This document shows positions 19,191 to 28,100 of a DNA stretch of 53,972 bases, piece by piece. Numbering within the stretch: the stretch's first letter is position 1; each line of letters begins with the position of its first letter. The DNA is taken from the NCBI GenBank assembly GCA_017466205.1, contig JAFTUP010000199.1, forward strand, positions 1 through 53,972, written 5' to 3'. The notes below the pieces were generated by a model, which was given only the letters and a program-made list of their open reading frames with translations, did no database searches and was not told where the DNA came from. The translations under genes and the position numbers were made by a program. This DNA comes from Clostridia bacterium. Its GTDB lineage: Bacteria; Bacillota; Clostridia; Oscillospirales; Acutalibacteraceae.

Positions 19191-20927
19191 CTATTGTTTC
19201 TCCAATGTACCATCTTCCATGATTTTATAAACGGCTTTGCAATATTTAAGCATACTCTCCCTGTGAGTTGTAATAAGTCTAACCTGCTTCGGCTCAGATA
19301 CCATAATATTTTCAAGAACCTGTGACTCTGTCTGCGAATCGAGTGCAGATGTAGCCTCATCCATAAGCAATACAAGTGATTTTCTGAGAAGAGACCTGGC
19401 AATTGCCAATCGTTGAAGCTGACCTTGTGAAAAATTTGCTCCGTGCTCGTTAAGCTCTGTTTGTATTCCTTGCGGAAGAGAGTTTATTAAAGAAGAAAGC
19501 TCTGCCTGATGCAATACATTTTGCAATTCCTCATCTGTGGCATCATTTTTTACTATTCGCAGATTATCCTCAATGGTACCGGAAAATACACCTATATCCT
19601 GCGGAACATAGGAACAAAAGCGCCTTGTACTGTCTGAAGCATTTATAGATTCACCCTGTGAAGTCGTGAAAACTATTTCACCCTCCGTAGGCTCAAGCAA
19701 ACCTAAAATCAGCTTAAATATTGTAGTTTTTCCCTCACCGGATGCACCGATAAGTGCAATAGTTTCACCAGGTAATACTTTAAAATCTATATTCTTAAGA
19801 ACAGGTGCTTCTCCATCGTCATATTTAAAAGAAACATTTTTAAACTCGATTCCCACACCTGTATTTTTAGCCTTATCAATAATTTCAAAAGCTTTTTCTC
19901 TTTGAGCATCCTTTTCTGTTTTAAAGCTTGTTATTTCCATAATTCTGCCGGCAGAGGTTGCCACAGATATAGCACTTGGCGCCAACGAAGCCAACGAATT
20001 AAAAGAAGATGAAAGCGTACCTGAAATTTGTAAAAACAGAGTCATTGTACCATAGGTAATAGCACCCTGCCACAATCGGTAAACACCCCAACCATAGCAA
20101 AAATACGAAACAACCATACCGATAACAGAAAAGCACAGGGTCATTAATATATTGAACTTTTCGTATTCAAGGCGAGTTTGCCTGTAGGTATTAAGTAATT
20201 TTGAAAAATTATTAATGTAATCCTTAGTAAGGTCAAACGCCTTGATAATTTGAATATTCTGAACAGACTCCTCCGAGTATGACAAAACATCACCGTTGAT
20301 TTTTTTCGTTTCTTGGCTGTATTTCCTTATAGTTTTAACCAACAGTCTGGATGAAATAAAGAAGAAAGGTGCACCGAGAAGTGCCAGCACAGCCATAGTT
20401 TTATCATAGTAAAGCACTATGGCCAAAGAGCCGAAAAACTGAACAAATCGTGTAATGGCACTTGGTATAAACCCTATAACACCCGACGAAACAGTTGAAA
20501 CATCTCTCTCAAGTCTGTTGATTAAATCTCCGGAATGGTATTTGCCGATTTCCTGCCAGTCAGCAGTAACAATATGCGAATAAATATCCTCTCTTATTTC
20601 GTTATCGACCTTTGAGTTCACATTGGCGGTTATCCAGGAGGATACCGATGAGAAAAGAAACTGAAAAACAGTAAGTGCAATAACAAGTGTAGCGGAAGTA
20701 ATCAGCTGCTCCTTAGTATGTGAAACAACTGAATCAATAAGATATTTTGATGCAACAGAAACGCACAACGACATAACAGTTGAAATAAAGCCAAATAAAA
20801 TATAGATAAAACACATAAGTCTATATTTTTTTGCATATCTTATTATCCACTTCCACTCATTTAACATATTCGCAATAAGAGTGGTGAATTTTTCAGATTT
20901 TCTCATCATTCTCTGCCCTTCAAACAT
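19191..20927 (-). CDS. MsbA-like ABC exporter half-transporter (6-TM domain + NBD)
   Basis: Walker A GASGEGKTT, signature FSQGQLQRLAIAR, Walker B LLMDEATSALD. An alternative start is ATG at 20909. Confidence 0.85.
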   Translation of the reverse strand: MFEGQRMMRKSEKFTTLIANMLNEWKWIIRYAKKYRLMCFIYILFGFISTVMSLCVSVASKYLIDSVVSHTKEQLITSATLVIALTVFQFLFSSVSSWITANVNSKVDNEIREDIYSHIVTADWQEIGKYHSGDLINRLERDVSTVSSGVIGFIPSAITRFVQFFGSLAIVLYYDKTMAVLALLGAPFFFISSRLLVKTIRKYSQETKKINGDVLSYSEESVQNIQIIKAFDLTKDYINNFSKLLNTYRQTRLEYEKFNILMTLCFSVIGMVVSYFCYGWGVYRLWQGAITYGTMTLFLQISGTLSSSFNSLASLAPSAISVATSAGRIMEITSFKTEKDAQREKAFEIIDKAKNTGVGIEFKNVSFKYDDGEAPVLKNIDFKVLPGETIALIGASGEGKTTIFKLILGLLEPTEGEIVFTTSQGESINASDSTRRFCSYVPQDIGVFSGTIEDNLRIVKNDATDEELQNVLHQAELSSLINSLPQGIQTELNEHGANFSQGQLQRLAIARSLLRKSLVLLMDEATSALDSQTESQVLENIMVSEPKQVRLITTHRESMLKYCKAVYKIMEDGTLEKQ

Positions 20928-22440
20928 CTAAATCATCATCAAAACGGAAACCATAACCATATTCCTCGGCATTACCGTATTTGCCATATTTACCATACTT
21001 GCCACCGTATTTACTGTATTTACCATACTTACCGTAGCTCTTGTAATAGCCATATTTATTATAAGCCTTGTAGTAACCATAACCCATAATACTCGTTTGA
21101 GCACCATTTAAAACACAACCTAAAATTTCAGAATCGGTGGAAATTATCGAATCTAAGCCATCCTGAATTTTAGAAATTCTTACAGTATCCTGTAAAATCA
21201 CATATAAAACGCCATCTGCAGCCTGTGCCACAAACATAGCATCCGAAGTAATGCCACACGGTGCTGTATCGACAAAAACCAAGTCATAATCCACCTTAAC
21301 AGAGGAGAAAATGTCTGCCAGATTATCGCTGTTAACAATCTCTTTCGCATCTCCGGTGGCAACAAGTGTCATCACATAAATTTTATACTTCTCAAGATAT
21401 GCGATTTTGTACTTATCCGTAACAATTGAATATTCTAACTCATCCTCGTTAACCCTGAGTGCTTTTAACACACCGGGACTATTCAGAGCACAATCCACGA
21501 TAAGCACCTTTTTGCCTATTATTCCAAAGGATATTGCCATATTTACGCAAACAGTTGTTTTGCCTTCACCTGCAATGGTGCTTGTAACGGCAACAACTTT
21601 TTTATCTTCCTTCAGCATTTTTTTGATAATAGTTCTTAATGTCCTTATACTATCAGGAAATCTGTCATCGGTTAAATTACCGTTAATAAGCAGGGGCTCT
21701 GCACCCTCTTTTGAGTTTTTCTTAAGAATAATATGCGGAATAATACCCAAACACTTAATATTAAGATTATTTCTTATATCCTTTTTAGTGCGAACCGTAG
21801 TTCTTAAAACTGTATAACAAAGCAGAAGAATCAGGCCTAAAATCAAGCCATAGGTAACACTCTTAAATGCCTCGTCAAAATAGGCAGGCTTGTTATAAGG
21901 CTCTTCCGGCAAAACAGGACTTCTGATAACATTAAACTTAATATTACCAACAACATATTTTGCAATTTCAGGATAATTTTCCATAGTGCTGATAAGTGCA
22001 TCATAAGTCAACTGCGGTTCATAGCCCTCTGCTCTTAATGTAAACATATTTGAACCCGAAACAGATGACGCTGTCAGGCTGACAGGTATTGAGGATAAAT
22101 GCAAATCAGCTGCCACCGCATCCTGTAACAATTTACTGCTTAAAATACCGGGAAATGTTGAAGAAAGGTGGGAGGCTGTTGAAGCATCATAATAGAAATT
22201 ATACGCAGAAATTCCGTTTATAGAGGAAGCTCTGTCCTGTGTGCTTACAGTAAAAGTAACCTCAGCACTATACTTTGGTATATAGCTTCTGTGACACTTA
22301 AAAACTGAAAAAACACAGCACACCACACAAACAATTGCAATAACCCACCAGAACTTTTTAAAGCCACGACAAAAATCGCTGAAGTAAAAGGATACGTTAT
22401 CTTCCTCGTTAAATTGTAATCCACTTTCGTTCATACTCAT
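20920..22440 (-). CDS. Fused Wzz-like chain-length domain + BY-kinase-like P-loop domain with a very long Tyr-rich tail and a degenerate Walker A'
   Basis: Two TM helices flank an extracytoplasmic domain. Walker A AGEGKTT, Walker B DLVFVDTAP. The Walker A' region reads VLIVDCALNSPG and lacks the second Asp. The C-terminus is GYGYYKAYNKYGYYKSYGKYGKYSKYGGKYGKYGKYGNAEEYGYG. Confidence 0.8.
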   Translation of the reverse strand: MSMNESGLQFNEEDNVSFYFSDFCRGFKKFWWVIAIVCVVCCVFSVFKCHRSYIPKYSAEVTFTVSTQDRASSINGISAYNFYYDASTASHLSSTFPGILSSKLLQDAVAADLHLSSIPVSLTASSVSGSNMFTLRAEGYEPQLTYDALISTMENYPEIAKYVVGNIKFNVIRSPVLPEEPYNKPAYFDEAFKSVTYGLILGLILLLCYTVLRTTVRTKKDIRNNLNIKCLGIIPHIILKKNSKEGAEPLLINGNLTDDRFPDSIRTLRTIIKKMLKEDKKVVAVTSTIAGEGKTTVCVNMAISFGIIGKKVLIVDCALNSPGVLKALRVNEDELEYSIVTDKYKIAYLEKYKIYVMTLVATGDAKEIVNSDNLADIFSSVKVDYDLVFVDTAPCGITSDAMFVAQAADGVLYVILQDTVRISKIQDGLDSIISTDSEILGCVLNGAQTSIMGYGYYKAYNKYGYYKSYGKYGKYSKYGGKYGKYGKYGNAEEYGYGFRFDDDLDV

Positions 22441-22477
22441 TCTTGTAATCTTCCTTTTTTCGGATTAGAGATAATAG

Positions 22478-23887
22478 TTAACCATTTAAACGCCATTTAC
22501 TACGAGAGTATTTGCTGTCATCACCGGCACCTGTAAATGATGCCACAGGTAAATCCGGGTGAGTATCATTAAGAATGCAGCCTGCCAGATTACCGCCGAC
22601 GTCTGTAACAGTTAAAATAGCATCGTTTATTGTAGTAGTTTCAACAACATCTGTTTTTACCACAAGTATAGTCTTATCTGCCGCTTTAATAATTTCATTT
22701 ACAGATGAGTCGACAGAAATAGGTGCCGTGTCAATTACAACATAGTCCACCATTTTCCTGAGAACCTTAATTGTATCTTTAGCCGCACCGCTTTCAATCC
22801 ACTTGTAGCTGTCTGCGTATGGGCGGGTATTAATAGCTAAATACAGATTGGTCTTTTTATACCGTCTTAATCTATAGTTATTTTTTGAGCTTTCACCATT
22901 AAAGAACAAGCCTAATTCGGAATTTTCTTCATAAGTGCAACCAAAAAGCTTATAGATGGCTGGTTTTTTTCCATCCATATCCATTAAAACAACCTTTTTA
23001 CCCTTGCGTGCAAGAGAAAGTGCCAGGTTTGAAGCAATTGTTGATTTACCCTCGTTTTCCGCGAAGCTTGTAACAACAAAAACTTTTGAACCATCCCGCA
23101 TTTTCTGGTGCTCAATTTTCGCCACAATCCTGTTAAACGACTCGATATACCTCGTACTTATAAAAGCATTGCCTTCAATAAGCAATCCCTTTTTCTTCTT
23201 TGAAATCAGGTCTTTTATTGTTCTGTGTTTGTTTTCGTGAGGAATACACCCCAAAAGCTTTCCGCTCACCCTATTCTTGAAATCTTTCTCACTTTTCACC
23301 GTATCTCTGAACACAGAAAAAACAATAATTGCACCGGTACTGATTAAACCGATTAAAAACAATGTTTTGGTTTTACTGTGCTGTAAACCAACGCTTGATG
23401 GTACAGAGGACATTGAAGGATACTTCAAAATAGTAATTACCGAATTTTCAAAAACTTCTTCAGAAATATTAGGGTAAACCTGCAAAATAGCATTAAGAAG
23501 CTCGTAGGATCTTTGGGGACTGTCAGAAACAACGCTTATATTTATAAAGTTTGTATCCGGTAATACAGTTGCGGTAATTTTGCCGTCAAACTTTTCAAGA
23601 CCAAGGTATTCGGCAGCCTCTTTTTCCATAGTGGGCTCGGAAAAAACATTTGAAAAAACCTCTGCCATTTCAGAAGAAACACTATACGTGGACATTGTAC
23701 TTGATGAAGAGCCCTTCACATTAACAACAACTGTTGCTGTCGAAGTGTATTCCGGCTTGTAAATGCTGTACTCAGCAATATATATGCCCATAACTCCTAT
23801 AAGAAGGCATAACAAAACCACCCAGATGTTTCTTAATAAATCTCTGAGGACACTATAATATTCAATTGAAATTTTGCCTTTTCTCAT
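22478..23887 (-). CDS. Fused Wzz-like chain-length domain + BY-kinase P-loop domain (canonical motifs, no Tyr cluster)
   Basis: Walker A AENEGKST, Walker A' VVLMDMDGKKP, Walker B YVVIDTAP. The C-terminal tail has only one Tyr. Confidence 0.8.
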   Translation of the reverse strand: MRKGKISIEYYSVLRDLLRNIWVVLLCLLIGVMGIYIAEYSIYKPEYTSTATVVVNVKGSSSSTMSTYSVSSEMAEVFSNVFSEPTMEKEAAEYLGLEKFDGKITATVLPDTNFINISVVSDSPQRSYELLNAILQVYPNISEEVFENSVITILKYPSMSSVPSSVGLQHSKTKTLFLIGLISTGAIIVFSVFRDTVKSEKDFKNRVSGKLLGCIPHENKHRTIKDLISKKKKGLLIEGNAFISTRYIESFNRIVAKIEHQKMRDGSKVFVVTSFAENEGKSTIASNLALSLARKGKKVVLMDMDGKKPAIYKLFGCTYEENSELGLFFNGESSKNNYRLRRYKKTNLYLAINTRPYADSYKWIESGAAKDTIKVLRKMVDYVVIDTAPISVDSSVNEIIKAADKTILVVKTDVVETTTINDAILTVTDVGGNLAGCILNDTHPDLPVASFTGAGDDSKYSRSKWRLNG

Positions 23888-23915
23888 CGAAATTACTCTC
23901 CCGGAATAAGTTTTA

Positions 23916-24731
23916 TCACTCTACAACAACATTCAAAACGGAATGACCCTCTGCTCCATTCCTGTCTGTAACGAAATAATTGACAATATAGGTTCCGCTT
24001 TTTTGAATTTCCACATTATCATCTATGCGGACATTAGAGGTTAAATCTTCGCCATTTTTACTTGTTGCTTCGACTATGTAATCTTTAAAATTAACATTCT
24101 GATTTTTATCAACATAAATCAGGTATTCCTTAAGCTCGATTTTTGGAGCTGAAAGGCTTCTTTCTTCCATAATCAACGGAAGAGAAAGAGTTGATGTGTC
24201 TCCTTTTTTATTGGTAACGGTAAGATCAAGAGTGAACACACCCGTTACTGACGAGGTGTAATCAGGGCTTGTTATAACAACATTCCCGGAAATATCACCT
24301 TCAATGCAATCTACAGCACCGACATACGAGGAAATATTTACATTTTCATAAAGAGAAAAGCACAGACTGTCTGTTACCTTAAACCTCGGTGCAATATAAT
24401 CTGTATAGCAAACCTTTCTTGTAGCATGAGCAACATGGTTATTGCTGTCACAGACCGCATATTTAACCTCACAGACACCGGGCTCAATAAATCTTGAAAT
24501 AGATTCAACAATAACCTTGTCAGTCAGGTCTCCGTCCTTTTCGTCCGTGGCTTTAACACCTTTAAGAAAGTCCGCATCGGAAGCATTGCACTTCACTTCA
24601 ATAAAGTCATTTTCTATTGTGATTTCTGGTACGGTATCATCCTCATTTGTCTTCTGAAGAAAGAAGACAACAGAAAAAGATATCAGAGTAACAATAAAAA
24701 CAATTATTACAGAATTTCGCATTATTCGCAT
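23916..24731 (-). CDS. Membrane-anchored protein with Ig-like (DUF5011-type) repeats; first gene of the glycan locus
   Basis: N-terminal TM helix. ATDEKDGDLTDKV and the repeated beta-rich modules are typical of bacterial Ig-like domains. GGGAGAG RBS lies before the ATG at 24731. Confidence 0.65.
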   Translation of the reverse strand: MRIMRNSVIIVFIVTLISFSVVFFLQKTNEDDTVPEITIENDFIEVKCNASDADFLKGVKATDEKDGDLTDKVIVESISRFIEPGVCEVKYAVCDSNNHVAHATRKVCYTDYIAPRFKVTDSLCFSLYENVNISSYVGAVDCIEGDISGNVVITSPDYTSSVTGVFTLDLTVTNKKGDTSTLSLPLIMEERSLSAPKIELKEYLIYVDKNQNVNFKDYIVEATSKNGEDLTSNVRIDDNVEIQKSGTYIVNYFVTDRNGAEGHSVLNVVVE

Positions 24732-24781
24732 AAAATCTCTCCCAAATTACGCAATACGACATTTTATTTATAGTTAATTTC

Positions 24782-24810
24782 ATTTTACCATACAAAATAT
24801 CCAAACGCAA
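24782..24810 (-). promoter_or_regulatory. Putative SigA-type promoter of the glycan locus
   Basis: On the minus strand: TTGCGT (24810-24805), 17 nt, TGgTAAAAT extended -10 (-10 hexamer at 24787-24782). Confidence 0.4.
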
Positions 24811-24852
24811 GGGAAATCCCTCAATTAAATATATATTTATATACATTAAGGC

Positions 24853-24892
24853 ACAAAAAAAGGACTTCGTGACAAATACTTGCCACGAAGTC
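24853..24892 (-). terminator. Rho-independent terminator ending the rSAM/giant-protein/76-aa operon
   Basis: gacttcgtg (24863-24871) pairs with cacgaagtc (24884-24892). On the minus strand the stem is followed by CTTTTTTTGTG. Confidence 0.8.
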
Positions 24893-24909
24893 TTTTAAAA
24901 AGTTGATTT

Positions 24910-25140
24910 TTATGAAAGGAATCCTTGTTCACTACCTAATTCAACAGAAGTGAATTTGCAGTAGTAGTCAATCGGAACTTTTGTTTCACAAGCTTCATTC
25001 ATACCAAAGATTTTATCAGCATCGTATCCTTCACCGAGAATATCAGCAATAAGCTCCAAATCCACCTGTACAAGGCAAGTGCTTGGGCTACCTACAGCAG
25101 CTGAAGCGAATACGAGTGTAGGTTTAAAATAATTTTTCAT
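24910..25140 (-). CDS. 76-aa acidic, 3-Cys small protein of unknown family; candidate modified peptide
   Basis: GGAGG lies 10 nt upstream of the ATG and overlaps the stop codon of the giant gene (ttttaaGGAGGtattggtgatATG). A terminator follows directly. The sequence ends ...CETKVPIDYYCKFTSVELGSEQGFLS. Confidence 0.7.
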   Translation of the reverse strand: MKNYFKPTLVFASAAVGSPSTCLVQVDLELIADILGEGYDADKIFGMNEACETKVPIDYYCKFTSVELGSEQGFLS

Positions 25141-25155
25141 ATCACCAATACCTCC

Positions 25156-28100
25156 TTAAAATAAATTTGCAAAAGATGCGAAAAGCTTTTTGAAGAAAGC
25201 GGAGATTTTTGCGAAGATGCTGTCCATAACATCAGGAACTTCGATAACACTACCGCCGTTATTGTTATTACCGTTATCATCACTCGGCTCATCAGCATCC
25301 GGAACATCAACCTCAGGCTCCTGTGTATTATTGTCAACAACAGCATTGTAATCATAAGAGTTAGGCTCAACTGTTGTTGGCTCAACAGAAAGTGACATTG
25401 CCATAAGAGTTAAATCTTCACTTGCAACTACCTGAGCTGTTGCATCAACAAGCTTAAGGTTGTTTACGCTAAGAAGTCCATCACCTGTATTTGTAATAAT
25501 AACATTAGCTTTACCTGTAGTTGTATCAATATCGAGGTAAGGAGTGATGTCAAAATACTGCTCTGTTGCTGTATTTATGTCAAATGTAATAGCATTTTCA
25601 CCTGAAGCAACCTTTGTCGTAGTAGCACCGTCAACTGCACGAAGGCTGATCATAACTCTTGAATCAGCATTAGGAACAGTAACATTGAATGCAACAGCGT
25701 GTGAACCGTCAGTATCTGTTGCTTTCTGTAAGTAAAGCTCGTGCTGAGGACCAACTGACTGATAGTTTGCAAATGTGAGTGTTTGTGCATTGCCATTTTC
25801 GTCGGCTGCAAGCTCACCTACAACATACGCGAACAAGCCGCTGTCACTTGTAATTGTGTTACCTTCACCAGATGCTAATTCACCAACGATATTGTAGTAT
25901 GTAGCACCCTTTTCAGAGTCAATGTAAAGTGAAGAATCTTCACCAAGAGGATTATAAACACGGATACCGTCGATATAGCAATCAAGCTCAACATCTGTAG
26001 TTGTTGTTGCACGAGTACCTGAAACTGTATGAGCAACAGGACCTGTACCACCGTTAAGAATTGAGTTGTCATTGAACCAGATGTATTCAATTTCATCTGC
26101 AGGAACATCAATCTTCATAGCCTTGAGGAGACTTTCAACAGTATATCCGTCACTGTTGAACATACCTGCGAGTGAAGAACGAGTACCTGAAAGAGCATTA
26201 GCAGTTGAAAGGTAAGCTGCTGTAACTTCAACAGTATATGTACCGTATCCGCCTGCGTTTGTATAGTTAATAATCGGAACCTGCTTAAGAAGAGCACCGT
26301 CATAGTTTTCTGTATCTACATAATATGTATCAACCATGAAGACCTTTTCGATTTCACCTGCAGCATTCTTGATGTTAACCATCTGAATACCTGTAGTCTT
26401 ACCGCATGCAGCCATAAGGTCGAAGCCTGTACCTGTGTAGCTGAATGTCATAGTTTCGCTACGCTTTGTTGTTGAATTAACAGTTGTCTTGTATACAGTA
26501 CCGTTAGAATAGCCTGCACCGTTACTTGCGTAAACATCATCATAACCGTAACGGTCGTTGTCACCTGAAAGTGTCTGATATGTTTCAAGAGCTGTACCGT
26601 CTAATGTCCAATTTGACTTAGCTAAAGAACCAGCTGTTGAAGCAGTAAATCTCTGTTCCTCAAAAAGAACGTTAGAAGCAGGAACAATATTGATTCTGAA
26701 CCAGTCATAAGTTCCGTCATCACGCTGAATGAGACAGTATGAGCGATTATCAGCTTCAGTATATGCACCTGATACAAGCTCATAAGTCATATCAAGATTG
26801 CTGTTAGCAAATTTGAGTGCAACATTGGATGTTTCACGAGTTGTCTTATATGTTGACTGCTTATTAAGTCCGCCGTCAACAGAGAGAAGAGTACCGTTAA
26901 TATCGCTGTCGTACATAGGCATATCGTAGTCGAGAACATAAGTGTACTCAGGGATATTAAAGTATTCTGTCGGGAAATACTTAAATGCGTCAGTAAGTGC
27001 TGTATCTTTATAGATAGCAGTTGTTGCAGTATTGTTGATTGAAGTATTTGTAATGTTTGCATCTTCGTCAGCAAGCACACCCTCAATCTTTATTTTAAGC
27101 TTACGACCTGTTTTAGACTGTGAAACATATTCAGTAGCGTAGTTATAACCTGTAACAGAAATAGCTCTTGTGTCACTGACAGATGTTGTAACATTTGCAG
27201 TAGATGCTACAATTTCTTCACCCTTGAATGTGAATCGTTCAACAGCGTCGAAGTTACCTTCTACAAGTGTAGTTGTGATTGTAATACCATCAAGAAGATT
27301 ACCGTTTGCGTCTGCAATAGGCTTAAATGCTTCATTAAGTTCTTCGAAAAGGATGGATGAAGCAGAAAGATTTGAAAGACCAACAGCCTCGTTCTTGGTG
27401 ATTTCTCGGCCGGCTATCGAGCTAAAATTAAGGAAGTTGTCCATTGAAGTGTTCGCCATGTTGATAACATATTCAACACCGTCAATGTTTCCACCGCCCA
27501 AAGATGTCAAAGTTGTAGCCGCAGGATACTTGGAAGAAACAGCCTCCATATATGTGTTCTTGTCCCAGCTGTCGTTATCAGCACCAACGATAATACTGTA
27601 AATAAACGCACCGTTTGTATTTTTCAGTGTGTTTGCTTTTGCGATAACATTATTTGCGGCAGTGGTTATGTTAGCACCATCATAAGCACCCGGAACACCG
27701 TCGGACATAAAGATGATTGCAAGGTTTCTATCGCCGTCTGCATCATAAGTTGAACCGGAATTTGCAACAATGTTCTGTGCAAACTGAAGCTCCATACCTG
27801 TGTTGTCAGACTGCTGACCACTTGATGCAACATTAGCAATCTGTGTTTTGATTGTAGAAGCGTTTGATGCACTCCAGAGAGCATCTGTAAAGCCTGATGT
27901 TGCCCATGAACTGCTTGTATTGAGGTAAGATGCTGAACCGCCATATGTTGTAACAGCGATTCTGTTATCTGAACCTTCTGCTGCAATCTGGTCAACAATA
28001 TCTGCAGCCTTTTCCTTGATTGTGTACATTGGTGTCTGGTAACCGTTTTCATTAGCTGTTATGAATTTGTAGTATGTACCATTATAAATCTTACAGTTCT

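Noticed and set aside
19178-19402. 74-aa minus-strand ORF overlapping the 3' end of the ABC exporter gene.
   Set aside because: It is an alternative frame of the NBD-coding region, with no RBS and a basic low-complexity translation.
653-24657. Plus-strand ORFs scattered through the glycan locus (for example 653-988, 2391-2783, 9362-9817, 11250-11567, 21407-21817).
   Set aside because: They are antisense to well-supported minus-strand genes. They have the Phe/Ile/Lys-rich composition typical of AT-rich antisense frames and no recognisable motifs.
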